Below, in pieces: positions 25,101 to 35,900 of a stretch of DNA of 64,000 bases. The notes under the pieces were generated by a model. That model was given only the letters and a program-made list of their open reading frames with translations, made no database searches and was not told the DNA's origin. The DNA is taken from positions 19,654,001 to 19,718,000 of the forward strand of contig OZ038379.1 in assembly GCA_964036045.1 (NCBI GenBank). The letters run 5' to 3'. Source of the DNA: Eutreptiella sp. 'Long Island Sound 2002'. Taxonomy: Eukaryota; Protista; Euglenida. The position numbers and the translations under genes were made by a program. How positions within the stretch are numbered: the first letter of the stretch is position 1; every line of letters starts with the position of its first letter.

Positions 25101-26281
25101 ACCAAGTGTCTCAAATGCAGCAATGCCATCTACTACCCAGCTCGGTCCTAGTATGAGTCTTGATGTTAGAGGGGTATCTTTTCGCCTGTTTTTTTTTTTT
25201 TTGCAATGCTGCCCTCCTCAGCCAGTGGCAGTTAGTGGTTGACGAAGCAACTGACCAACCAACACTGGGTTTGGCGGTGCACTGACGGCGGTTGGCACTT
25301 TGCTGGCAACGGTTGGAGTGTAGCACGGTTTGTTGATAGTGTTGCAACGGCGTTTGGTGGTTCCCCGCATCCTGTTGACGTAGCGGCGTAATGGACCTGC
25401 TCGTGGCAGGTGGACACCTGCCCATGGCAGGGCTACCGGTCCCTGTGGCTCCGAGGACGTCTGTGTAGAACGGAGGCTTGCGACCGGGCAGGCCCGCGTT
25501 TCAGGGGCATATCTGTTGCTGTGCAAGACTGCCATTCGTGTGTGCATCGGTGTGTGGGTGCGTGAGTGCGTGTGTGTGCACATGTCGATGTTCTATCTCT
25601 TTCTCTGTGGCCCAATCTCTCCTTATCTACTTGGTTGTGGGTGTATGAGTGTGTGTGTGTGTGCGTGCGCGCTGCTGCTATCAGAACCCTGTCTTTGCGT
25701 GCTATCGCGGTATGAACATGATGTACACACGGTTCTAAGTTCTTGATGTTCCATGTGGTGTGTGTCTGGCTGTACAGGGTATCGCGAGAGCCTGAGACCG
25801 TGACTTCGAGTGCCTGGCTGTACCACGGGACAATATTCGCTCTGATACAGACTGTGTGTGTGTGTGTGTGTGCGACCGGCTGGTAAACGGGTTCTTTACT
25901 GAACGTTGCCTTCCGAAGGATGCAAGTATCGGAACCTGAGCGCAACTCTTTGGGGGCTGGGCTGCCAGGATAGCGATAGTACGGGAACAAAGCTGCAACC
26001 AGGGTGAAGCACACACGTGCGTACATGCAACAGCTGGAAGAGGGAGAGGGGGGGGGGGGCACATGTCTCAATCACTGATAGCCTACCCTTTAAGGCACCA
26101 ACTTCCTTCACACTGGTCAACAGATTGGTCCCTGTGCTCCCTGCTCGTCCTGTACTGGCCCCGGTGCCTAGTGTGGCAGTGTCCTCTGTCTAACGCCTCG
26201 CTTGATGGTATTCTGAGCGCACAAGTGTTTCGAACAGAGCCTGTTTGTTGCGTTCATCGTGTGTGTGTGTGTGTGTGTGTG

Positions 26282-26340
26282 TGAGTGTCTATATTTTTTT
26301 TGTGTTTCTGTGTGTTTCTGAGTGTCTATATTTTTTTTCG
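26282..26340 (+). other. Tandem genomic relics of the euglenid spliced-leader exon (partial 26282-26301, near-full 26315-26340)
   Basis: TTTCTGAGTGTCTA-TA-TTTTTTTTCG versus recalled Euglena SL ACTTTCTGAGTGTCTATTTTTTTTCG. Followed by ACCG rather than the GT donor of an SL RNA gene. Confidence 0.8.
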
Positions 26341-26427
26341 ACCGAAAGACGTCTAGGACAGCTCTGCTGTTCCTGAGGAGTTTTCTTTCCACCGCTTTTC
26401 TTGCTTTGTTCTTGTCTCGCGGTTCTC

Positions 26428-26461
<34 letters not shown>

Positions 26462-26549
26462 TTGTTCTGGTTTCCTTCACAAAGTGTGCGTGCGTGTGCG
26501 ACGTGACCCTTTGCGTACAGACCGAGCGGCTGGCTTTGCTGGCTGCTTG

Positions 26550-29300
26550 AAATGGCGCTGCCGACCCTTTCCTCATTTCTGTATGGAGTTCATTGATGCC
26601 ATGCCTATCTGCAGCCGGCACTCAGTGATGCATTTATTGTGCATTGAAGGAACGCGAGCGCGCTGGGCAAACTTTTAGGCCCATGCACCCCTGACCAGCG
26701 CTGTCCAAGGGGCCATCCAAGTCCTCCCTGCGTTGCTGTCGTACCGCGCTATTCCCATCGACCTGCTCAAGGCCGACCTGCGTCGATCGAACCGATGTTG
26801 CGGGGCTGGCTTCGCCGGTCTCTTTGCAGCACATGAATTGGAAGCCCCATGCCAAGTTGCGGCACGGAAGAGAGCGTGCGACGTGATGCTCGGGTACACT
26901 GGTGACGCGTCCAGTGGTATCTACATAGCTGACCTCCATAGCTGCCACTGCGGTAGTGGTGCTCGTTTGAGCCAATGATGCCGCTAGTGATGGTGGGTAG
27001 GATATTGAGCATTTTCTTGGGGGGATGCTTTGGGGCTGTTTGGTCTGGCAGCATGCATCATTCTGCAGAGATCTTGTTGTATCTCAACCGACGCATAATC
27101 TGCCCCAACCGCCAGTGTAGGCGTTGAGATCCGGATCTCATAGCACATTGCCAGCGACACTGTCGCCACCATTTCTTACCCTGCAACCAAAAGTAGGGTG
27201 TATTCCTCGAGGTGCACACGCGAGGGTAGCGCACGTTTCCAGATAGTACTGCGCAATATATTTTCACGGAGGTGACCGCCCTCCCTGTATGTGAGGATGT
27301 GAATTGCTCAGAATTTCTCCCTTTTGCCAATATACCCTTGACCCCAGGTCACACAGATCTACCCTTGTTTATCTTTCTGATATGCTTTTTGGCGTGACAG
27401 TCTGACTGTACACAATTGTACCCCCCCCCTCTTGTACAAGAACCGCCCTTGTATAGTAAGTGGGAGGGGGGGGGCGGGGGCGAGGGAACCGTCACTTTCA
27501 CTTTCCCAAATTTACAGAAAAGTTCGATATTGAGCTTCTCCCGCATGTCTGTTGGTTGGACAAGGTAGTAGCATTTGTGCATTGCTGTGAACCAGGAATT
27601 TTTGATTTTTAGTTTGATGCATTCTATGTGTCTTAGTGCCCTGAATTCTGCACCCTGCAGCCCCATCAGATTGTGTGGGCAAAGAGTGCGCGTGGAGTAT
27701 GGGGATTGGCAAATGTTTTTGCCAATGGGAAATTGTATTTCACGTGTGACGTTCCTGAGCCAGAAAACCTGCCACAGGGGTTGGAACCCTCTGCCAAGCC
27801 GGCTGCCAAGCCTGCTCCCAACGCTGCAAAACCTGGTCCAAAAAGGTCTGCAGCCAAAGCTGCAGCCAAACCTGCTGCCAAGCCTGCAGCCAAGCCTGCA
27901 GCTGGAGAGCCCATCCCTGTGGCCCCTGTTGAGCATGTGCAGCTCTTCAAAGTCAAGTACTCTCGCCAAAGAAAGTGGTACACAGAGCCTGTGCCTGAAT
28001 AGACCTGAACATGCATCTCAAACAGCAGTTTTCAGGTGTATTAGTAGTTCGGGTGGTCCCTGTTGAGCATGTGCAGCTCTTCAAAGTCGAAAACTCCTGC
28101 CAGAAAAAGTGGCACACAGAGCATGTGTCTCAGTGGAGCTGCAGCCAAACCTGCTGCCAAGGTGGCAGCCAAGCATGCAGCCAAGCCTGCAGCTGGAGAG
28201 CCCATCCCTGTGACCCCTGTTGAGCATGTGCAGCTCTTCAAATTCGAATACTCCTGCCAGAAAAAGTGGCACACAGAGCATGTGTCTCAGTGGACCTAAG
28301 CATGCATGCCAACAGGCCTTTTTCAAGTTGTTCAGTGGTTCAGATGCCCTGTTATTTGCCTGTCTTGCTGCGTGTTGTGCGTCCCTTGCATAGTAAGCGG
28401 GGGCCGAGGGAACTGTCACTTGGGGTAGGTTCCCTCGGGGTGTGAGGGAACTGTTGCGCCGAGGTGTTTCTTGTACAAGGGGGGGGGGGTACATGCATCT
28501 GGCGGATATATCAGGTGGTGTGTGCTGGATATCATCGCCAGTGGCGAGCAGGAGATCAGGTGGCGTACTATGTCATTATCAGCATGTATTTGGTTCTGCA
28601 ACTGCTCTTGACTACCTTCAGACCTCAGAGAATTTTCGAACTCCTCGGAAAGCCAGCTAAATTAGCAACACATGAGCCTTGCCCCTGTCCAAGCCACTAT
28701 GCACAGAGAGTGGTTTTGTTTTGCACCTGATTCAGATTGGGGACAGGTGCGATTAGGTATGTGACGTGTGCCCACTTTCATATTGGGTAACAACAGCAGC
28801 ACACTGAGCCCTGCGGTTGGAGAATGACCTGCTTTGCCACTGTGACCGACAGCCTGACCACCCATTGGCCAGACATGGCAGCAATTCCGTATTGTGGGGG
28901 AGTGTCAGCGTGCTGGGGGCGCACCGGTATCTTTTTGGGGCCACTTTTGATACGGAGCCCTAATCCACGCTTTTTGCATGGCCCCTTTCTAGTTGGGGAT
29001 ATGGACTGGCCCCTTTCCGGTTGAGGATACCCACCCACAGAAACCGGTGCTTTCGTGTCGGGCACCAAAGGGTGTTCAGAGGCGGCTTGGCGTCAAAGCA
29101 TTGCTTGTGTTCGCAAATATCTTAACCATGTTGTACAAGAAATTCCCTGGGCTGACAGGTTGGATCATTTCAACCATTGTCCCATTTCCCGTTCTTTATG
29201 ACACATTTTCACGGACTCCATGCCCATCAGTTCCACTGGTTGCAGATGGAGTGTTGACGTGTGGAATTCTAAGTATGTGTTGCATGTTTACAAGGTAACT
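26550..29300 (+). pseudogene. Decayed coding-like segment of unknown family (retrocopy or TE ORF)
   Basis: Protein-like stretches broken by stops and frameshifts: AIQVLPALLSYRAIPIDLL..CGAGFAGLFAAHEL, QIVWAKSARGVWGLANVF, RKYLNHVVQEIPWADRLDHFNHCP. No family recognised. Confidence 0.35.
27780..28295 (+). repeat. (AAKP)n-coding repeats plus a triplicated module (PVEHVQLFKVxYSxQxKWxTE)
   Basis: tgttgagcatgtgcagctcttcaaa begins at 27927, 28061 and 28218. gcagccaagcct repeats lie upstream of copies 1 and 3. Confidence 0.85.
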
Positions 29301-30621
29301 ATTGCCGTTGATATGTTGGGATATTTAATACAAAAGTAGCGTGCCACGCGCGCCGGGCAAACCACCCCCCCTTGTGTGTGAGCCTACAGTGTTTTATCTC
29401 CCATTGCCAAGTGCCGGCAGGGCTGACTCGGGGACACTATGGGCAGGGGCACCTACCCCAGCAGCACTCAATGGTGTATAGCATGTGCTCACTGGGGGGT
29501 GAGGCAACACGAGCAGGCAACCACGGCGGAGCATCCCAAGGCAGACCTGAGGCAGGGGGGGGGGGGGCACAGGCAGTGCAACAAGGGCCCTTGGTCTGTT
29601 CGCGATGAGGGTGTCCTCTCTCACATTTTTCATCCCAAGACAATCTGAAAGGAGGAGGCAACATCCAGCAGCCCAAGGGCTATGCTCCTCAAAATGCATC
29701 CCTTGCTTGGTGACCGCTTTTTTCATCCTCCACTCCTGGTGTGCGTCGTGTATGTATGGCCAGGCCAGGACAGGCCGTGTGTACACCACCGTGTGTGCAC
29801 CGCATGCGCTGTTGTGACACTCACACAAGACTCATAGACTCTGCCTTCTGATTGCCTGTTAGACAGAGCCCGAGTGATACCACCAGAACGACTAGAACCG
29901 CACGGGCAATGAACCAAAATGACAAGCACTAGAATGACAGCGCCAGCAGCATGACCAGCAGCATGGCGGCAAGATCACAACGATGAGCCCCGCAACAAAC
30001 GGCAGCACCAGCACCCAAGCAGAGCAACCGCCACCACAACAACATGCAAGGAGGGAGCGCGTAAGCGCGTAGGGCAACTTTCTGGGATCCTTCTCTTTTC
30101 TACCCCTGATTTTGGGGTGGGTTGTACCCCTCTTCTGGTCTGCCCAAGATTGCAGATTGCAGGTTACATATGGATGGGTGAGTGGGTGGGTGGGATGGTG
30201 CGATTTGGGGTGGGCCACCGCCGAAGTAGATCGCCTCCGGCCATTTGGGGGCACCAACACTGCGTTGCCCTTTGCAGACTCAACACACCAACTATGGTCG
30301 ATCCTTTGCCATCCCGGGCTGAATCATGCAATCAAGTCATGTTTGTTTTGGATGTGCTGAGTTGTTCACAGTGGCATCCATGGACTGCTCCGAGGTCAGA
30401 TTGGAAGTGACCCACGCCCATGTCACAAGCATGACCTCTCTTGCTTCATTGGGTAATTGTGAACTTGGGTGCTGAAAATGGGAAAGTCATAATAAAAGTA
30501 GCACGCAAGGCGCGCACATGGCAAACATTTCCTCAAGAGCGCAACCAAGGTTGGAACACACATCAGTAAAACGGTGCCGCCATCACCACCAAAACAACAC
30601 TACCAGGAGGAAAGCACCGAT

Positions 30622-30800
30622 TCCATTGCCAAAACAGGATTGTGCCACCCAACAAACAAACCAACATTCCACCCAACAAGCCATTCAACACTCCACCCGA
30701 CATCCCACTCAAGCATGTCCATTGGCAGAAAAGCAGCACCCACCAAGGCAAACCGATACAATGTCACCTAAGCAAGCCAAAAACAGCAAGCAAAAAAGGC
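30622..30800 (+). repeat. Interspersed repeat of about 180 bp, copy 1 (copy 2 at 47006-47190)
   Basis: tccattgccaa..gattgtgccacccaaca..aagccattcaacact..agaaaagcagcaccca..aagcaagccaaaaacagc shared in the same orientation. Confidence 0.85.
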
Positions 30801-31530
30801 ACAGCTCACGGGGATGCGCCAAATACACATTCTAGCCCACATGTGGGATCATAGGGCATGCTGCTAGCAGAGGGAAAGGGTGTGGTGCGGCGCAGTACGG
30901 TGCAGCTAGTGCGTGTACCTAACCTCTAGCTTGCGACGTACACCTGAGTGGCCCCAGTCAGAAAAGTCAAAGAATTCACGAGGAACCTACGGGCAGGGGC
31001 CAAGATGGAGGCTCAAGGGCACAACATTGTTTAAGCCGGAGGTGGCACACAATATCTGGGCAAAAGCATAGTGGGAAAAGTGAGTTTTAGGGCTTGGCCA
31101 GGGCACAAAGAAAAGGTAGCAACAAGCTCCGAAATGCGGGGAATGGCATAAGCTGTCTTTGTGGGCACAGCAGAGTGGAGATGGGCATGGGGCAAGGTGC
31201 ACAAATAGATGGACATGGGGCCCAACCGTAGCATCCACAGCCCCTGTTCCCCAGCACTCCAGACTCTGTAATCCCATTTAATCCACTGCCTCCGCTTGTC
31301 TCCCTTTGTTTTGGGGTCACTGTTGCTATCCTGATTGCTCCCCTCCTCCCCCCAACCCCCCCTCCCCCATCCTTTCGCTGGCAAAGAGTGGCAAAAGGAT
31401 GAAACACTGCCATAGGCGCCTACAGATTCTGCATGCCCCGACACCACAGAGAGAATGTTGCTCATGGGAAATGAGACTAGAAAACTCTTCATGCTGGGAC
31501 ACATAAGAAGACTTTGGGTTGAGGGATAGT

Positions 31531-31556
31531 CTTTCTAAGTGTCTATTTTTTTCCCG
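31531..31556 (+). other. Genomic relic of the euglenid spliced-leader exon
   Basis: CTTTCTAAGTGTCTATTTTTTTCCCG: 23 of 25 positions match the recalled SL, with one extra base. Not followed by GT. Lies about 290 nt upstream of the SNF2-RING ATG. Confidence 0.75.
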
Positions 31557-31847
31557 ATGATGCCGTGTCACTGCCTGCCCAGGTTCCTGCCCCAGCTTGG
31601 CGACACTGAGCGATTGTTGGGTCCCCCACCTTGGTATAATGCTTGAATATTTTGGCAGCTTTTGGATAATCAGAAATGGTGGTGCCACCACTTGTGGTTT
31701 CATGGACCTTCATAACTACTTTGAAAAGTATCAGGGAACGTTTCCACATGACAATATCTGCGGAACAATTTCTTTTTAACGTTTTCCTCTTGTTATGGGT
31801 TTCGTGCAATGATTTCCCGGATGTTTACGGATTTCGCAGAATTCTAT

Positions 31848-32472
31848 ATGGCATTGCAATTTGGGATTTGGACCTGCGACGCGTGCACAGTCAATAATCA
31901 GGTGGATGCAGCGCAGTGCCTGGTCTGCAAGGCGCCCAATCCTACGTCGTCCAGTGGAGCGGATGGCACAGAGGACGGCGACGATCTGAAGCCATTCGCC
32001 GACGCGCCGTCGGTGCTGAAGGTGATGGAGTGTGAGGAAAGCCTCACGTGGCAGGACGCTGCCCGGCTGATCCTGTTCACAGGGTCCGTGCAGCAAGCCA
32101 TACAGGCGGTCACTGATGGGTGGCTGGTTCTCACCGCAGGCGTCCAGCCTGGGACAAGCGGCGGTCCCAGAATGCCGTGGCTGCTGGGGGCCAATGTGGC
32201 GGAACCGGTGAAGGATCTGCTGGAGATGGCGGACCCTCGCTGCAGATGTCAGGACATCGCCCGCCTCATATTGTCTGCGGGCTCAGTGCAGTGCGTGAGA
32301 GAGGAAGTGGCAGAGGGACGCCTGCAGCTGCTGCCTGGCGCCCAGTGGCAGCCTCGCTGTCAGGTCAGTCCCCAGCAGCCGCCTGCAAAGCGCCCCTGCC
32401 TTGAGGACAGAGGGTCCAATGTGAACGTTGGGGCCGTGGGCAGCACAAGCCCCCGCAGGAATGGCAACGAAG

Positions 32473-32527
<55 letters not shown>

Positions 32528-32918
32528 CAGCGGTGGCGGCGGCGGCGGCGGCGGCGTCGGAAGCAATCTGCATCCCCCACCCAATTTGTGGCATGCAGCG
32601 GAACAAGCTTCCCTTGGTTTGCATGTGGATGACAGTAAGTTGCCGGAGGACTTTAGGCGGCAGCTGTTGTACTATCAACAGCAGACAGTGACCTGGATGG
32701 TGGAGAAGGAAGATGCACTTCTGCACCATGTGGCGTCCCGTCCGCACGGGGGCATCATCGCCACCGAGACGGGGATGGGGAAGAAGGTCATGGCCGCCGC
32801 GCTGATTGCTGCCCAGCGGCAAAGGTTGGCTGGCCGGCCGCACGTGGAGTACCGCGGCACTCTCGTCCTGACCCGACACGATGATCGTGACCCCCGTTTG
32901 GAGAAGTGGAAGACTGAG
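31848..32918 (+). CDS. SNF2-RING gene exon 1 (NZF, 2 UBA-like repeats, poly-S/poly-G, motif I)
   Basis: Long ORF ending GAG|GTATAA. Start ATG could instead be 31809 or 31821. Confidence 0.85.
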
Positions 32919-35900
32919 GTATAACGCCCAAATCTCATGACTTCACAAAAGACAGTCGTCTGTGGCGGCCAACTGGAATTCCGGGCAGGCCGTGGGGCCA
33001 AACGCCTCACGATAATGCACGCAAATTGCAGAAACAGAATTGCAGGAACGTGCGAAAACATGTGATCATTTGCTCCACCTGATGAGGGGCTTGAGGTCGG
33101 ATCCTGCGATTGCAATCCTGTGAAGACACATGCAGTACCGCACTCATGGCCTTCCACATTGTATCATGTTCAACGTCACCCACTCGCCTCTCCAAATACC
33201 ATTGTAGTATGTCATAAAGCCAACCGGCGGACATTGTCATGCAAACCATGCCTGGGCTTATCCGTGGGCTTGGCAAATGCAACCCATTGCCCATCAGCAT
33301 ACTGACGAGGAACAATCCACACTGTTTGAAGGCGGACCAGAGTTTTCGCTCCACCCAGTTGACCAGCCTCGGACCTGTGATCTCTCTGACAGTGCTGTCA
33401 GCATAAGCACCTGCCATGTCGTTCAGGCATAGAGCAGGGGGCAGACGCATTTGGCTGTGGCCCTTCCCTGCCTTCATCACCCAAGAACCACTCAAAAACA
33501 GGACGCGCTTAAGGAATGCGATCACGTGAGAGACATGCGGATTGCACCTGCCCCCCCCCCTTTCAGGACACACAGGCACAAACCTACCAATCGGGCTTCT
33601 CTGGCTGCTGTCGATGGGCTCTTCGGGGGCCAATTTTACAGAGGTTGCCCCAATTTGGCTGGCCGAGGTCTCTCTGGAGCCTCGGGTTAAGGGGCCCAGG
33701 CATAGTAATGATGTCGCATTGTGATCCGCTGCGGCATCCAATCCGGGGCATGGGCGTAAGTCACGGATTAGCCGCCCCGGCACGTTGATCGCCGCTTCCC
33801 CCTGCCCCTTGCTGCGCCGCAAAAAACATCAACACAGGCCGCGGCACGGCGGAGAGGATGCGAGCCCGGCGGCGAAAGACATGGGGAGACTGGATGGCCC
33901 AAAGCAGCAGTGTCAAGAGGCGCACGAGCTGGGAGTCAGGGCAACGCCCGCCTCCACTTTGCTTGTCGCTCACTTCTCTGTCTCGCACGTCCCATTTGCT
34001 CTCGGTGCGTGTTTCTTGCCCTGTGTTCCCTCCTCGCTCCCCCCACCCCCACCTGAGTGTCCTCCCCAAGGGACGGCTTCTTCAGGGGCACCACAGGGAA
34101 AGGGTCTGCTGGGCGGGGGCAGCATGGACGCTGCACTGGCCTCCACCCCCGAGGAAAGATACACTTGTACCCCTGATGAGCACCACCGACAGGGCCCCTG
34201 TGTGACAATCTCCTGCATCAGATGTGGTGCAGAGTGCTTGGGGTGTGTTTCTTGTTTCTGCCTCCCCCGTCTTTGGTGTTCCTTGCGCCTCTGTGGCACC
34301 CGCCGTCCCTGGTTGGAGGGCTGTGGCGGGTGTCTGTTGTTCCCGCCTCTTTTGCTTGCTTATGTGGTGGTGGCTCTTCTTCTCCTTTCCTTTGGGCGTG
34401 GGGTGGGTGTCCCTCCGTTCCCCTCTTTCTTCTGGTGTTTGCGTTGTTTTTCCCCTGCCTTTCCCCTGGGGTGTGTTCCGACCCTCCAAATTTTGCGGTC
34501 AGGGAGTGACTACTGAATGTGAAGCCTGTCAGCGCTGCCAGGGGAGGGGGTGTCATGGGGGCAGAGGGCTGCAACTGTGCAAACCTACCTCCCCCGTCCC
34601 CCCTACACACACTTGCCCAGCACACAACAGTGGGGGGGGGGGGGGGCGGTTCCAGACCCCCCCCCCCCTTTAAGTGATTGGGCCAAATTTTGCTCCGCGC
34701 CTTCGGCCAATCAAAAATTTTCTTCGGCGCCTTTGGCGCCTCTAAAAACTCAGCACCACTGGGGGGGTGGACCCCCCCCCCCCCCTCGAAGTGGAACCCC
34801 CCCTCCCTCCCCATTTGCGCACTCCCACAGTTTCGCGGAGTCACGCTTGCACACAGGGGGTGCCGGGCGCGCGTCGGGCAGACATCCCCCCAAAACGCAG
34901 CCAAGGGTATTCAACTGGCATTGCCAACAGGCAAACCGACGCCGCCTGGGATGGTTCACCCCTTCCCCCCTCCCCGCCCCGTTCCCGAGCACATGGGGCC
35001 AGATCTGGGAGGTCTGGATATTATTCTGGGGTTGATGCCTTTTGATCGACGGCGGTCGATGGGTGGCCGAAGGGAGTGAACGTGTCATTCCTGAGGGGTG
35101 CTGGTGACTGGACGCCGACTTTTGGCCACCGGACGGCAGATGTGGCTGACTGCCATCTTTTGGCAGCTGGACGATGGATCGGCAACCGTCGGTGTGCGAC
35201 TGCTTGCCGAAGATTGAAGCGTATTGGAGTCCAGTGCCCTTCCCTCCCTTTTCATGTGAGTTCCGGTCACGGGTGGTGGTTTAGGAGCGACGAGGACTGC
35301 ATGCGCCTGTGGCGTACGTCCGGGTGGGTCCAGCACCGGGTTGTTGGGCTTCCTCGGTTGCAACTGCGAACCCTTCCTCGTGTGCAGTTGTCCCGGTGCT
35401 GCAGCGGCCTACGCATTGTGACGTACTGCCGCGGCATCACGAAGGAGGAGGTAGGACGGGCAGATGTTGTGCTGAGCACACTGTCCGCTTTGTATGAAGA
35501 TCACATGATATACAACGGATCCGCAATTTGGCCGTGCATGTTGCGAGCAAATCTTGACCCGACAGACGATGAGCTCCGGCGCGACGTCACGCACAATTGG
35601 AAAGAGCTGATTGACACAGAGCACCCGCTCATTTCCCAAAAGTGGGACCGGGTCATTTATGATGAAGCTCACAACGTCAAGAGTGATGTGACGTCACATG
35701 CCTTGAAGGCCCGAGCGGTTTGGGCACTGACGGGCACTGCAATCCGCCAGAGCTATGAGGACGACGTAGCACAGCTGCTGGACCTGGTTTATGGCGATAG
35801 GGCCCTGTGGATGCCGCTGTGGCCCACGTGGCTGCAATCCCAGCGCTCGCGCCGGGGGCGGAAAGCTGTCCGCCAGCGCGGGCACGAGACGCACGTTGCC

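Noticed and set aside
26282-26420. Functional SL RNA gene or SL-5S repeat unit
   Set aside because: There is no GT donor after the SL exon, and no recognisable SL intron, Sm site or adjacent 5S rRNA.
35076-35387. 5' part of ORF 35076-36104 as coding sequence
   Set aside because: The acceptor at 35387 gives the family-consistent in-frame join to exon 1. The upstream part lacks SNF2 similarity.
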